Numbered from the stretch's first letter, positions 15,262 through 28,224 are shown. The stretch: DNA of 64,000 bases from the human T2T-CHM13v2.0 reference genome, Homo sapiens (GCF_009914755.1 NC_060947.1); one strand, 5' to 3'. The notes: generated by a model from the sequence alone, not told the origin. A program made the numbers and translations.

Positions 15262-17070
15262 AAACACCCCCCTATCCAACCAGAGCTATCGAGCCAGTAG
15301 CAACCTGACAACTCCCTGGAAAGAGCATCTAGAGGCAACTGAAAGTGTCTCTGCCACTGCCTCTGCAGTGGAACTCCCCTTACTGCCCTCAGACTAGCAA
15401 AGGAGCGAAGACCTTAACTTCCTTATCCACGCCTCCAAGAAGCTGCAGTCGACCCAAGGAGAGGAGGCTAGTTCATTTCCCACGTGTCCCACTGTATTAG
15501 TCCATTTTCACACTGCTATAAAGAACTACCTGAGACTGGGTAATTTATGAAGAAAAGAGGTTAATTGACTCACAGTTCCACAGGTTTAACAGGAAGTATG
15601 ACTGGGATCACTTAGGAAACTCATAATCATGGCAGAAGGCAAAGGGGAAGCAAGAACCTTCACATGATGGTAGGAGAAAGATAGAGAGCATGAGGGGTGA
15701 AATGCCACACACTTTTAAACAACCAGATCTCATGAGAACTCACTCACTATCCTAAGAACAGCAAGGGGAAAGGCCACCCCCATGCTTCAATCACCTCCCA
15801 CCAGGCCCCTCCTACAACATGTGGGGATTACATTTCAAGATGAGATTTCAGTGGGGATACAGAGCCAAACCATATCTTTCCACTCTGGCCCCTCCCAAAC
15901 CTAATGTCCTTCTTACATTTTAAAATACAGTCATTCCTTCCCAACAGTTCTCAGAAGTCTTAACTCATTCCAGCATTAACTCAGCTACAAGTCCAAAGTC
16001 TCATCTGAAACAAGGCAAGTCCCTTTTGCCTATAAGCCTATAAAAATAAAAAAAATAAGTTACTTCCAAGATAAATGGAGCTACAGGAATTGGGTAAATG
16101 CTCCCATTCCAATAGAAGATATTGGCCAAAACAAAGGGGATACAGGCCCCATGCAATTCCAAAACCCATCAGGGCACTCGTTTCATCTTAAAATTATAAA
16201 ATAATCTCCTTTGACTCCATGTTTCACATCCAAGGCACACTGATACAAGGGGTGGGCTCCCAAGGCCTTAGACAGCACCGTGTCTGTGGCTCTGCAGGGT
16301 ACAGTCCATGTGGCTGTTTTACTGGCTGGCATTGAGTGCCTGTGGCTTCTCCAGACACACAGTGCAAGCTGTCAGTGGGTCTACCATTCTGGGTTCTGGA
16401 TGATGGTGGCCCTCTTTTCACAGCTCCACTAGGAAGTGCCCCAGTGGGGACTCTGCAGGGGCTCCAACCCCACATTTCCCCTCTGCATTGCCCTAGTAGA
16501 GGTCCTCCATGAGGTCTCTGTCCCTGCAGCAGACTTCTGCCTGGACATGCAGGCATTTCCATACATCCTTTGAAATCCAGGTGGAGGTTCCCAAATCTTA
16601 ACTCTTGCCTTTTGTGCACCTGCAGGCCCAACACCACGTGGAAGCCATGTCTTGGGGCTTGCACCCTCTGAAGCACTGACCTGAGCTGTACCTTTGCCTC
16701 TTCTCACCACAGCAGGAGCTGGAGTATTTGGGACACAGTGCGCCAGGTCCTGAGGCTGCATAGAGCAGCAGGGCCCTGGGCCCAGCCCATTAATCCATTT
16801 TTCCCTCGTAGGCCTCTGAGCCTGTGATGGGAGGGGCTGCTGCAAAGATCTCTGACATGTTCTGGAGACATTTTCCCCATTGTTGTGGCTATTAACATTC
16901 GGCTCCTTGTCACTTATGCAAATTTCTGCAGCCAGCTTGAAGTTCTCCCCAGAAAAATGGGTTTTTCTTTTCTACCACATGGCTGGGCTGCAAATTTTCC
17001 AATTTTTTATGCTCTGCTTCTGTTTTAAGTGTAAGTTCCCGTCTCAAACCATCTCTTTGTGAATACATAT

Positions 17071-18661
17071 TGAGAAGTGACAGCGTGCTGGCAGTCCTCA
17101 CAGCCCTCGCTCACTCTCGGCACCTCCTCTGCCTGGGCTCCCACTTTGGCAGCACTTGAGGAGCCCTTCAGCCCACCGCTGCACTGTGGGAGACCCTTTC
17201 TGGGCTGGCCAAGGCCAGAGCCCACTCCCTCAGCTTGCAGAGAGGTGTGGAGGGAGAGGCGCGAGCAGGAACCGGGGCTGCGTGCGGCGCTTGCAGGCCA
17301 GCTGGAGTTCCGAGTGGGCGTGGGCTTGGTGGGCCCCACACTCCGAGCAGCCGGCCGGCCCTGTCGGCTCTGGGCAATGAGGGACTTAGCACCCGGGCCA
17401 GCAGCTGCGGAGGGTGTACTGGGTCCCCCAGCAGTGCCAGCCCACCGGCGCTGCGCTGGATTTCTCACCGAGCCTTAGCTGCCTTCCCGTGGGGCAGGCC
17501 TCGGGACTGCAGCCCGCCATGCCTGAGCCTTCCCCCGCCTCCGTGGGCTCCTCTGCAGCCCGAGCCTCTCCGACGAGCACTGCCCCCTGCTCCACGGCGC
17601 CCAATCCCATCGATCACCCAAGGGCTGAGGAGTGCGAGCGCATGGTGCGGGACTGGCAGGCAGCTCCAACTGCAGCCCCAGTGCGGGATCCACTGGGTGA
17701 AGCCAGCTGGTATCCTGAGTCTGGGGGGGCCTTGGAGAAACTTTATGTCTAGCTCAGGGATTGTAAATACACCAATCGGCACTCTGTATCTAGCTCAAGG
17801 TTTGTAAACACACCAATCAGCACCCTGTGTCTAGCTCAGGGTTTGTGAGTGTACCAATTGACACTCTGTATTTAGCTGCTCTGGTGGGGCCTTGGAGAAT
17901 GTTTATGTCTAGCTCAGGGATTGTAAATACACCAATGGGCACTCTGTATCTAGCTCAAGGTTTTTAAACACACCAATCAGCACCCTGTGTCTAGCTCAGG
18001 GTTTGTGAATGCACCAATCCACACTCTGTATCTAGCTGCTCTGGTGGGGCCTTGGAGAACCTTTGTGTGGATACTCTGTATCTAACTAACTGATCTGATG
18101 GGGACATGGAGAACCTTTATGTCTAGCTCAGGGATTGTAAACGCACCAATCAGCGCCCTGTCAAAACAGACCACTCGGCTCTACCAATCAGCAGGATGGT
18201 GGGGGCCAGATAAGAGAATAAAAGCAGGCTGCTGGAGCCAGCAGTGGCAACCCACTCGGGTCCCCTTCCACACTGTGGAAGCTTTGTTCTTTTGCTCTTT
18301 GCAATAAATCTCGCTACTGCTCACTTTTTGGGTCCACACTGCTTTTATGAGCTGTAACACTCACCGCGAAGGTCTGCAGCTTCACTCCTGAAGCCAGCGA
18401 GACCACGAGCCCACCGGGAGGAAAGAACAACTCCAGACGCTCTGCCTTAAGAGCTGTAACACTCACCGGGAAGGTCTGCAGCTTCACTCCTGAGCCAGCG
18501 AGACCACAAACTCACCAGAAGGAAGAAACTCCGAACACATCTGAACATCAGAAGGGACAGACTCCAGACGTGCCACCTTAAGAGCTGTAACACTCACCGC
18601 GAGGGTCCGCAGCTTCATTCTTGAAGTCAGTGAGACCAAGAACCCACCAATTCCGGACACA
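17071..18661 (+). mobile_element. LTR12C (HERV9) solo LTR
   Basis: tgagaagtgacagcgtgctggcagtcctcacagccc...aacccaccaattccggacaca; CpG-rich U3; 4-bp TSD atat/aaat. Confidence 0.95.
17740..18230 (+). promoter_or_regulatory. LTR12C enhancer/promoter: tandem CCAAT (NF-Y) and GATA repeats plus TATA-like AATAAAA
   Basis: Repeated caccaatc...tgtatctagctcagg units; gataagagaataaaagcagg with AATAAAA at 18217-18223. Confidence 0.8.
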
Positions 18662-20989
18662 AAATGACTGTATGCTGTTAGGAGCAGCAAGGTTAAATCT
18701 TGAATGCTTTGCTGCTTAGAAATTTCTTCCAGCACATAACCTAAATCATCTGTCTTAAGCTCAATGTTCCACAGATCCCTAGAGCAGGGGCACAATGCCA
18801 CCAGTCTCTTTGCTGAAGAATAGCAAGAGTCACCTTTGCTCCAGTTCCCAACAAGTTCCCCATCTCCATCTGAGACTACCTCAGCCTGGACTTCAGTGTC
18901 TATATCACTATCAGCATTTTGGTCAAAACCATTCAACAGGTCTCTAGGAAGTTCCAAACTTTCCACATCTTCCTGTCTTCTGAGTCATCCAAACTATTAC
19001 AACCTCTGCTCATTACCCACTACCAAAGTTGCTTCCACATTTTCAGGTTATCTTTATGGCAGTACCTCACTGCTGGTACCAATATTCTGTTTTAGTTTAT
19101 TCTCACAGTGCTGTAAATAACTACCTGAGACTGGGTAATTTATGAAGAAAAGATGTTTAATTCACTCACAGTTCTGCAGGCTTAACAGAAAGTATGATCT
19201 GGAGGCCTCAGGACATTTACAATGATGGCAGAAGGTGAAGGGAAAGCAAGGACCTTCTTCACAAGGTGGCAGGAGAGAGAGAGTGAGAGATGTGTGAAGT
19301 GCCACACACTTTTAAACAACCAGATCTAGTGAGAACTCATTAACATGAGAACAGCAGGGGGTAGTCCACCCCCATGATTCAATCACCTCCCGCCAGGTAC
19401 CTCCCCCAACATGTAGGGATTACAATTTGAGATGAGATTTGGGTGGGGACCCAGAGCCAAACTATGTCACCTACATACACCCCACTGCTCATCACCAGAC
19501 AGGGAACCTGTAGATGGGCCCACAGCACAGACCCTCCATCCTGGGCTGATGGCACAGAGTAATTGCTGACCTGCATCTGTCTGGGGTGGAGCCCACAGGA
19601 GACAAGCAAATGGCCACAACCACTACCAAGGTCCCTTTCTCTGCTGTCTCCAAGTTGGGGAAGAAAAATAAATACTGAGATCACCCAAGAGCTGCAGTGA
19701 GCAGCCCAGGAGTGCTAAGCTGTGATCTAGAGGCAGCACTCAAGGGGGAGAGAAGCCCATACCTCCAGGGCATTGAGAGGAAACCCCACTGCAACTGTGA
19801 GGAGACATAGGGGAGCCATACAACCAAGCAAGAGTCTACCAACTAAGCAATAAGCCTAAGTGCCACCTACTGGATCACACTTCAATGCTTGAACACCAAA
19901 AATACCTCACTAGCATACCCCCCTCTGAAACCAGAGATAAGACATCAACTTCAAATAAAGACCCTACACAAACCCTTGGCCTCGTGAAAACATTGAGAAT
20001 AGAAGGCTATTGACTGTACTCAGTCTACATTGCAGTTTTAGCAATATACAAACACAGGAACTCTAGTAACTCAAATGGCCAGAGTGCCATATGTCCTCTA
20101 GATGACTGCACCAGCTCACCAGTAAGAGTTCTTAACCAGGGTGAACTGGCTGGAATTATAGAATAGAATTAAGAATATAGATAGGAATGAAGATCATCAA
20201 GATTCAGGAAGATGGCAAAACCTAATCCAAGGAATGTAAGAATCACAATAAAGTGATACAGGAGCTGAAGGACAAAACAGTCAATATAACAAAGACGCTA
20301 CTGGATCTGACACAGATGAATAACATAATACAAGAATTTCACAATGCAATCATAAGTATTAACAAAGCAGAGGAAAGAACATCAGAACATAAAGACTGGT
20401 TCTCTGAAATAAGACAATCAGAAAAAAAGAAAAAAAAGAATAAAAGGAAAGAGTAAAATCTCTGAGAAGTAAGTGATTATATAAAGAGGCCACAGACTGC
20501 TGGCAGACATGGCCACTTCCTGCTTACCCCCAGCAACGCTAACATTAAAGCAGTTTATAAGAAGGCAACAAGTTATTCTCTGCTACAGAAGGATTTTGCA
20601 AACAACTTGGCACCTTCACAATGATTCAGCTCACAAATACCTGAAGTATTGGGCAAGGCAAGAACTGAAAGAAAACAAAAGTGCCCCCAAAGAGGATACG
20701 ATCCAGATGATGATTGATTACTCAAGGCAATATGCAGCTCAAGGAGTTAGAAAAAAACATTTGCTTTAGCAAAATCTTAACTATAGCATTATTCTGAAGG
20801 ATTTTCAAAGTCTCCATATGTTTTGTTGCATTTAGGATTAACAATGGACAACAAAAAGCCCAGTGTTGCTATTTGTATGTACAGTATTTGGTGATAGAGA
20901 GCAAAGGAACACACATCAAAACAGTTGCCTTAACAATGAAAATCATACCCTGCATTTTGAAAATGTTTATGGATGTCTCAGCAGTTTTT

Positions 20990-21945
20990 AAAAGAAGGAA
21001 AAACCACTAACAAATGGCCAGTTAGCACCTGAAAAGATGCATTAGGGAAGTGTAAATCAAAACTACTATGAGGCCGGGGTGCAGTGGCTCATGCTTGTAA
21101 TCCCAGTACTTTAGGAGGCTGAAGTAGGTGGATCACTTGAGGTCAGGAGTTTGAGACCAGCCTGGCCAACGTGGTGAAACCTCATCTCTACTAAAAATAC
21201 AAAAATTAGCCAGGGGTGGTGGTGCATGCCTGTAGTCCCAGCTACTTGGGAGGCTGAGGCAGAATCACTTGAACCCAGGAAGCAGAGGTTGCAGTGAGCT
21301 GAGATCATGCCACTGAACTCCAGCCTGGGCAACAGAGCAAGACTCCGTCTCAAAAAAAAAAAAAACCAAACAAACAAACAAACAAAAACTATGAGATATC
21401 ACTTCACATTCACTAGAATGGCTGTAATTAAAAAGAGAAATAATAGCAAGTGTTGGTGAAGATGTGCAGAAATTGGAACCCTCATACATTACTGGTGGGA
21501 ATGTAAAACGGTGCAGCCACTTCAGGAAACACACCATCAGTTCATCAAAAGATGAAACAGAGCTGCAGTATGATTTAGCAATTCTACCCCTAGGCCCATA
21601 ACCATTATTTGGCAGTAAAAATAAACGAAGGACTGATATATGCTAAACGTGGATAAACTTTGAAAACGTTAAGTGAAAGAAGCCAGCCACGAAATATCAC
21701 ATGATGATTCCATTCATATGAAATGTCCAGAATAGGCAGAAAGATTAGTGGTTACCTAGGCTGGCTATAGGTAGAATGGAGGAACTGCTAATGGGTGTGG
21801 GGTTTCTTTTCAGGGTGATGAAAATATCCTACAGTTAGCTTGTGGTGTAGGTTGCACAACTCTGAATATACTCAAATCCATTGAATTGTACATTTTAAGT
21901 GAAAGATGTGAATTGTATCTCAATAAAGCTGTTATTTAAAAAAAA
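20990..21945 (+). mobile_element. L1M (MB/MC-like) 3' fragment
   Basis: ggaagtgtaaatcaaaactactatgag...attggaaccctcatacattactggtgggaatgtaaaa...tctcaataaagctgttatttaaaa. Confidence 0.8.
21072..21387 (+). mobile_element. AluS
   Basis: Full dimer with A/(CAAA)n tail; TSD actatga(g). Confidence 0.95.
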
Positions 21946-22036
21946 CTCTGAGGTGTAGGACTGAAAGTATACTGACACCAGTAGATACCCTGGAACTTTC
22001 TCGAAAAATCCTGCATTTTCCCTGAGGGTTGTTCGG

Positions 22037-23815
22037 GTACATTCTTCACATGTGTCATGGTTTGATAGAGGACTCATCAAAAAGATCACCACTGGGAATC
22101 TAGATCTTTGTTGGAGAGGGAAGAGAAAGAGAAGCTTAATGAGCACATTGAAGCACTTACCAGAAAGAAGAGGGAAGACTTCTGGATGAAACCTCTGTGA
22201 GTACCTTAACATCCACGTGGAAGAAGTAAAAAAAAATAAGATTCTGGGTGGAGTTCTCCTCCAATGACAGGAAAAAACAAAGATAATTTGAAGAATATGT
22301 CAGAGACAAATATATTACAACCAAAGTTGACTTCAGGGCACTTTTGAAGGAGACCAAATATATAACAAATAGTTTAGTTAAAGATGTGAAAGTGAAAGCT
22401 TGTGGAAGATGCTGGAATCATCAGTCCTGAAAATTGAAGTCTTCTGTTCATCAACAGAACAGAGCTAAGAAGCTAATCTAAGAATCTGACCAACACCTGA
22501 AAGATGTAGACAACATTTTGCAGAATGATAAATAGTATCCAGTACTGAACTGTGCCTGAGGAAAGGCATAAACTGAATGTGGATGTTGATGACCTGGACT
22601 GTCAGGGTCCACCTCTACCTCCCAGAGCCTCGGAGCCCAAAAGACAAAATAATTCTCAATACTGTTCCATTGGGGTAATCTACTAATTTAACATGCTTCC
22701 CTGAGCCAATTTTCAGGTTTTTATGTAGATAAGTATTAGCTGACCTATTGCAAAATGATCTGACAAACAGGAGAAGCATTTGTGACGTTTCTGAACAGAG
22801 AACACTTTGGAAATATTTTTCTTTGTATGACATGATTGATACACTCAAATACAGGCTATCTCTAGTAAATCTAAAATCTTGAAACTAAAATCATCCTTTT
22901 ATGGGTATAAAAGTCAGTGATTTAATAATGCTCTTCCTAACAGTGGTTTGCATAGAAAGGTTTTCATTAAAGAGCATATGTGGTTTGCATTTGCAAGATG
23001 CAAATAGCAGACTCCAAGAAAACTTAAGTTGCTTTTTTGGTTCTTTGTTTATTTGTTTTGTTTTGTTTTTTAGCAGGTAAGGCCAGGTGCAGTGGCTTAT
23101 GCTGAGGTGGGAGGATCGCTTGCGCCCAGGAGTTTGAGAACAGCCTGGGCAATATAGTGGGACCCTGCCTCTACAAAACATTAAAAAATTAGCTGGGCAA
23201 GGTGACATGTGCCTGTAATTCCAGCTACTCAGGAGGCTGAGATGGGAAGATTGCATTTATCCCAGGAGGTTGAGGCTGCACTGAGCCATGAACATGCCAC
23301 TGCACTTCAGCCTGGGAACAGAGCAAGTCCCTCCTTCACCCCACCAAAAAAAAAAGGAAAACACTGACAATTTAATAATCTGTCAGAGGCAAAAATTACT
23401 TTAATGGACATGCTTTTACCTTCATCTCTAAAGAACAATTTAATTTGTTCACTTACATGCTTCACTTATCCCCTCTAAATTATAGGCCAATCTTGTTGGT
23501 TAACATAAGGGATTTATTTAGCAGTTTCTTCTCGGGTATGGAGCCATGGTCATTATGAAGTTGGTCTGAATCCAACTGCCAGTGATTTTTATGGAGGAAT
23601 GAAAAAACAAAACAAAACTTGCTGATGAAACACACTTTATTCATCATGAAGCAATCTTTGTCAGTACTCTGGATTAGACAACAAATTACTTTCTGGATGT
23701 TTCCTGAAAACTGTACTTCTGTTTGAACGTTAAACTTTAGTTCCTAAAGTTTAAGATGTTTGAATGTCAGTTTATGTATTTGAACCATAATAAATTGATA
23801 ATTTTATATTTAAAA
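22037..23815 (+). pseudogene. TCERG1: TCERG1 5'-truncated processed pseudogene (last FF domains plus 3'UTR)
   Basis: Manual translation gives KDHHWESRSLLEREEKEKL.NEHIEALTRKKRE, LLDETS, TLTSTW, FSSNDRKKQR*FEEYVRDKYITTKVDFRALLKETK, ESDQHLKDVDNILQND, VDDLD..GPP.PP.ASEP, matching the recalled TCERG1 C-terminus; stop at 22650-22652; AATAAA at 23789-23794; many stops and frameshifts. Confidence 0.9.
23081..23355 (+). mobile_element. AluJ with left-arm deletion
   Basis: ggaggatcgcttgcgcccaggagtttgag and ggaggttgaggctgca are J-diagnostic; inserted in the TCERG1-derived 3'UTR. Confidence 0.9.
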
Positions 23816-25311
23816 AATTTAAGTACAGAAGCTTTGTAGCAAAAAAAAAAAAAAAAGACCAAATCTATGAATCATTGACACTCCTGAAAGGGTAGAGGGA
23901 AAAACAAACAACTTGGAAAACACATTTCAGGATATCATCCAGGAAAACTTCCCCAACCTTGCTAGAGAGACAACAGAGAACTGCAAGATTACACACAAGA
24001 AAATCATCCCCAAGACACTTAATCACCAGATTTTCCAAGATTAAAATGAAAGGAAGAATGGTAAATGTAGCTAGAGAGAAAGGTCAAGTCACCTACAAAG
24101 GAAACACCATCAGTTTAACAGCAGATGTCTCAGCTGAAATCCTGCAAGGCAGAAGAGATTTGGAGCCCATATTCAACATTCCTAAAGAAAAAAAATCTTC
24201 AACCAAGAATTTCTTATCCAGCCAAACTAAGTTTCCTAAGTGGAGGAGATATAAGATCCTTTCAGATAAGCAAATGTTGAGGGAGGTTTTTACCACCAGA
24301 CCTGCCTTACAAGAGATCTCTTTGTTATCAAAGTTCCATTTAGCAAGATACTTTTTACCCTTGAAAATACTAGGTTTCTCATTTGCTAAATGCAATGACC
24401 CTTTAGTCTTCTCTTCATAAATCTTGTTTTTTTCATAAATCAAGGGAGGGAGATGCCTAAATATTCTTTAATGGTCACCTCTCCCACTATCACATTTTTC
24501 TCTCTGTCATCCACTTTGATATTAGTTCAAATAGCCCTGTAATGTTGTTCCTTCTGTTGATTTAATCAATACATAGGTTTAGGGACATTTTCTTTAATGA
24601 GGTTTGACCTACTCTTTAGCTGAGTTACAAATTTCTCTTCTTGACAAGGTCAGCAGCATTCTGTGCTCTTATGGCACCTGTGTAGGAGTGAGATTAGTAT
24701 CCTTACAGAAGCTAGGACTTTGGGTGTATTTTTAAAGATAAGACTTTAGAGAGCAGATGAATCCAAAATGTACAGAACTTTTTCCTGTCATCCTTTAAAG
24801 TGAGCCAGAAATCATTTTCCCAAGATTTCAGAATTTATAAGTTTACCATTTTGTCATTCAAATAGCTCACTGAAATGATGGACTATAGTGCTCAGCAAAG
24901 GGCTAAGATGTGGTGTTGGCCTTAGAATGACTAATATTCAAGGAAAACAAAAACCTCAGGCTTCCTTTGCCATCTTCCTTCTCCATTTTGAGTTTGTACT
25001 GGTTTAATTTTTAGGTTAAATCCAAACACCTAATAGAAGTTACAATCAGGCCCTAAAAGTGGGTTTCTTGCAGCAGTGGGGCTTATATTCACAACTGAGC
25101 CATTTTTATTTTCAGCTATAGCCCACTCTCCTTAAATAGCCTAGGAAGACACTAAGAGAATATCTGCAATGAAGAGTCTCTAAAAAGAAGAGGGAAAGTA
25201 AAGGCAGAGAGCTTAGTCAACAAATGCTGAGGCTTCATTGAATACCTTATTCATGATTGAGAATAGATTGATTTTAATAACCTCAAACTATGCTACAGTG
25301 TCTCTACTTAA

Positions 25312-26375
25312 ACAAACTTTATTTTAGAACACTTTTAAGTTTGCAGAATTCTTAGAGATATTACAGAGTTCTTGTGTACCCCATACTCAGATTCCCCTAT
25401 TTTAACATCTTACTATATTAAGACTTATTAACATCTTAATATGTTAGTACCATATATATGCAACAATGAATGAATCAATATTGATACATTATTATTAACT
25501 AAATGTCATACTTTATTCAGATTTCCTCACTTTTTCCTTAGTGTTATTTTTCTTTTCTATAATCCCATCAACGTATCATATTACAGTTAGTTGTCATACC
25601 TTCTTAGGCTCTCTTGGCTGTGACAGTTTCTTAGATTTTCCTTTCCTTGATTTTGAAGACCTTGATAATTTTGAAGAGTACAGGTCAGGTATTTTCTAGA
25701 ATGTCCATCAATTGGGATTTTTCTTATTTTTTTCCATAATTAGACTGAGATTATTGGTTTTTGGTAACAAGACCACAGAAAAAGAGTGCCATCCTCATTA
25801 CATCATATCCCAAGATACAGGCTATTGACATGGCTTATTATTAATAATGTTGACCTTGGTCACATTGCTGAGGTAGTATTTGTCAGGTTTCACCACTGAG
25901 GTAGTATTTGTTAGTTACTATTTTTCCCCCTCTCTGTATTCTACTCTTAGAAAGCAGGTCATTATGTACAGCCTCTGCTATGGTCCACCTACTTGAAGGT
26001 AGGGTATCTTCATAAATAACTTGGAATTTCTTTGCGAGGGAGATTTGTGTATTCTCCCCCTTGTATTTGTTTAGTCAACCACTTATTTATATCAGTATGG
26101 ACTCAAAATTACTTGATTTTATAATGTGTGTTATAATCCAATATTTCTTTATTTTGTTGTTTACATTGTTCCACCTTTGACTACTGAGAGTTCTTTCAGT
26201 TGGCTTTTCTACCCCTTTGACATAACCCCATTATTGTGTTTTTTATTGTTTTGCTTTATTTTGTTTTGTTTAAGAACTGCTTTACTTTCTGGAACTAGAA
26301 GATACTCCAGCACTAGTAGAAGTATATTTTACTTCCCAGTCTCAGAATCAGTCATTTCTCCGATAATCCCTCCCA
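25312..26375 (-). mobile_element. L1MC-like 3' end
   Basis: actttattttagaacacttttaagtttgcagaa...gaatcaatattgatacattattattaact...gaagagtacaggtcaggtattttctagaatgtcc. Confidence 0.75.
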
Positions 26376-27242
26376 GTATGAGTACCATCAGGGAAATTAA
26401 GGTCCAGTTTTTTTTAAAAAAGTAAAATCTTCAGAGAAGAAAGAAGACTTTTACATTCAGGGCACTAAGGGCAGAACAGCATATTTTGTGTTCCCCTCTC
26501 TACCTCCACCAGGCAACCGTGACTCCATATTTCTAGTTGTTCTGTTTCTGTCATCTCTCCCTCCAATCTGCTTCCATCCTACAAACTACTGTTCATGAAG
26601 TCATGTCATTGTCCTGCTGAAATACTCTTACTAGCGCTCCACTGACTTCAGGAGCTAGCTCAATTTCTAAATCATCCCTCAATAACTCCCTACAGTCTAG
26701 ACTTAAACTATTACTACAGACTATGTCTCCTGTATCCTTCTCTTTTATTCACAACCTCAATCTCTAGTTATAATGGAAAGATTACTTGAAATACGCCCTG
26801 AGATATTTTTTAACTCTCTCAGATAGAAGAAACTAATTCCTTCAAATTCCAGTCGCAGCTTATTTTTAAAAATTCTTTTCTGATGGTGCTTTACTTCCTA
26901 CCATCTATTAGAATTCATTAAATATAAAGCTGTTTATCAATTTCTGGGGTTATTAAGCAATTTCCTTTATCTCATTTCCCCTGCCCCTAGTTTTATGTGC
27001 CTACTTGCTCAGCTAAGAGAGAGAGGGCAGGAATTGTGAGCCGATAATCAGCCATTGCCTTAAATTAGCTCCCCTGCATTGTGAACATTACCCAAGTTTC
27101 TTCTCTAGCCTGACTCAGTCAATCAATCCTCAAATAAATAAAAATGAGTTTGCTGATACTTTATTTAAACCCTAATTTAGGAAAAGATCATTCCTGTCTT
27201 CACCTCCTTGACTCTAGTAAGTACAATTGATTGCTTATGTAC

Positions 27243-27585
27243 TGTATTAGTCTGTTTTTACACTTCTATAAAGAAATATCCAAGACTAGGTAATATATAA
27301 AGGAAAGAGGTTTAATTGGCTCACAGTTACACATGGCTGGGGAGACCCCAGGAAATGTACAATTATGGCAGAAGGTGAAAGGGAAGCAAGCACCTTCTTC
27401 ACAAGGCAGCAGGAGAGAGAAGAGAAAACCATCAGATCTCATGAGAACTCACTCACTATCACGAGAATAGCATGGGGAAAACCATCCCCATTATCCGATC
27501 ACCTCCTACCAGTTCCTTACCTTGACACATGGGGATTACAATTTGAGATTAGATTTGGGTGGGGACATGGAGCCGAACTATATTA
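27243..27585 (-). mobile_element. THE1 (C/D) solo LTR
   Basis: tgtattagtctgtttttacac...gatttgggtggggacatggagccgaactatatta; perfect 5-bp TSD tgtac. Confidence 0.92.
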
Positions 27586-28224
27586 TGTACCTGTTATCCC
27601 TAATTAAAATTCCTGGATTAACTTTACATAGCACCTTGTACAACAACAATTTTTTTTAAAAAATTTTCTTACTTCCTTCATTCCATCCATTAAAATGTAT
27701 GCTCAGATTTGTCAATCAATCTAATAGAAACCAAGGCCTTAATTAAATCCATTATGCTTTAAAAATGGAATTCCAGAAAGTAACTGGTAGAAAAGGGAAA
27801 GATCTGGGGGATGTCAATGTTTCCGCTGCTCTAAAATTACACCACTTATAATTGCCATTCAACACATTTTCCCTTAATGTAAAATAAACTTCTCTGTGAG
27901 GTTTGGGCTGACTTTGAAGCTGCAAATCTAGCTTTACCTGCCCAAAATGCCAGCTTAGCAGTATTGAGAGGATTTTTCTCAAAAAAAAAAAAAAAAAGCC
28001 GTGACTATCTGTACATGAAACTTACAATAACCTCTCTGGCTTCCCTTACATCAAACACTTTGAGGACTGCATAGAAAACACCAAATGCATTTGGGCCAAA
28101 TGACAGTTTGGAAGTATTTTGCTCTTGAAGTCTGGGCTAAGCCCCATACTTAAACTTTCCCTCCCCTTGCCACCCTTTCTGGATCCTATACTCTGGCCAT
28201 AGGTTTTCAACCCCTCTTTCCTGC

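Larger units (their letters stand above)
15493..19469 (-). mobile_element. Complete THE1D/MSTA MaLR provirus (LTR-int-LTR)
   Basis: LTRs at 15493-15877 and 19088-19469; MaLR internal peptides (EPPPGFQRMYGNACMSRQK; MESLELPRDLLNGFDQNADSD); 5-bp TSD cccac/cctac. Confidence 0.93.
20492..23856 (+). pseudogene. LYRM2: LYRM2 processed pseudogene with long 3' tail
   Basis: The intronless ORF at 20509 (MATSCLPPATLTLKQFIRRQQVILCYRRILQT...EDTIQMMI) matches LYRM2 as recalled (MAASRLPPATLTLKQFVRRQQVLLLYRRILQT...). A 4-bp gatt duplication at ~20712 frameshifts the C-terminus (native TAA at 20778-20780). A16 tail at 23841-23856; TSD aaagaggcc/aaagacc inside L1 ORF1. Confidence 0.92.

Noticed and set aside
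17025-17807. Cluster of overlapping 100-190 aa ORFs and a CpG-island-like region
   Set aside because: GC-rich LTR12C U3, where stop codons are rare
17740-18200. Regularly spaced direct repeats resembling a CRISPR array
   Set aside because: These are the standard LTR12 U3 enhancer repeats; no unique spacers, no cas genes, eukaryotic context
25868-25912. Two copies of tgaggtagta, resembling the let-7 5' end
   Set aside because: Short local duplication within an L1MC-like remnant; the rest does not match let-7 and no precursor hairpin is evident
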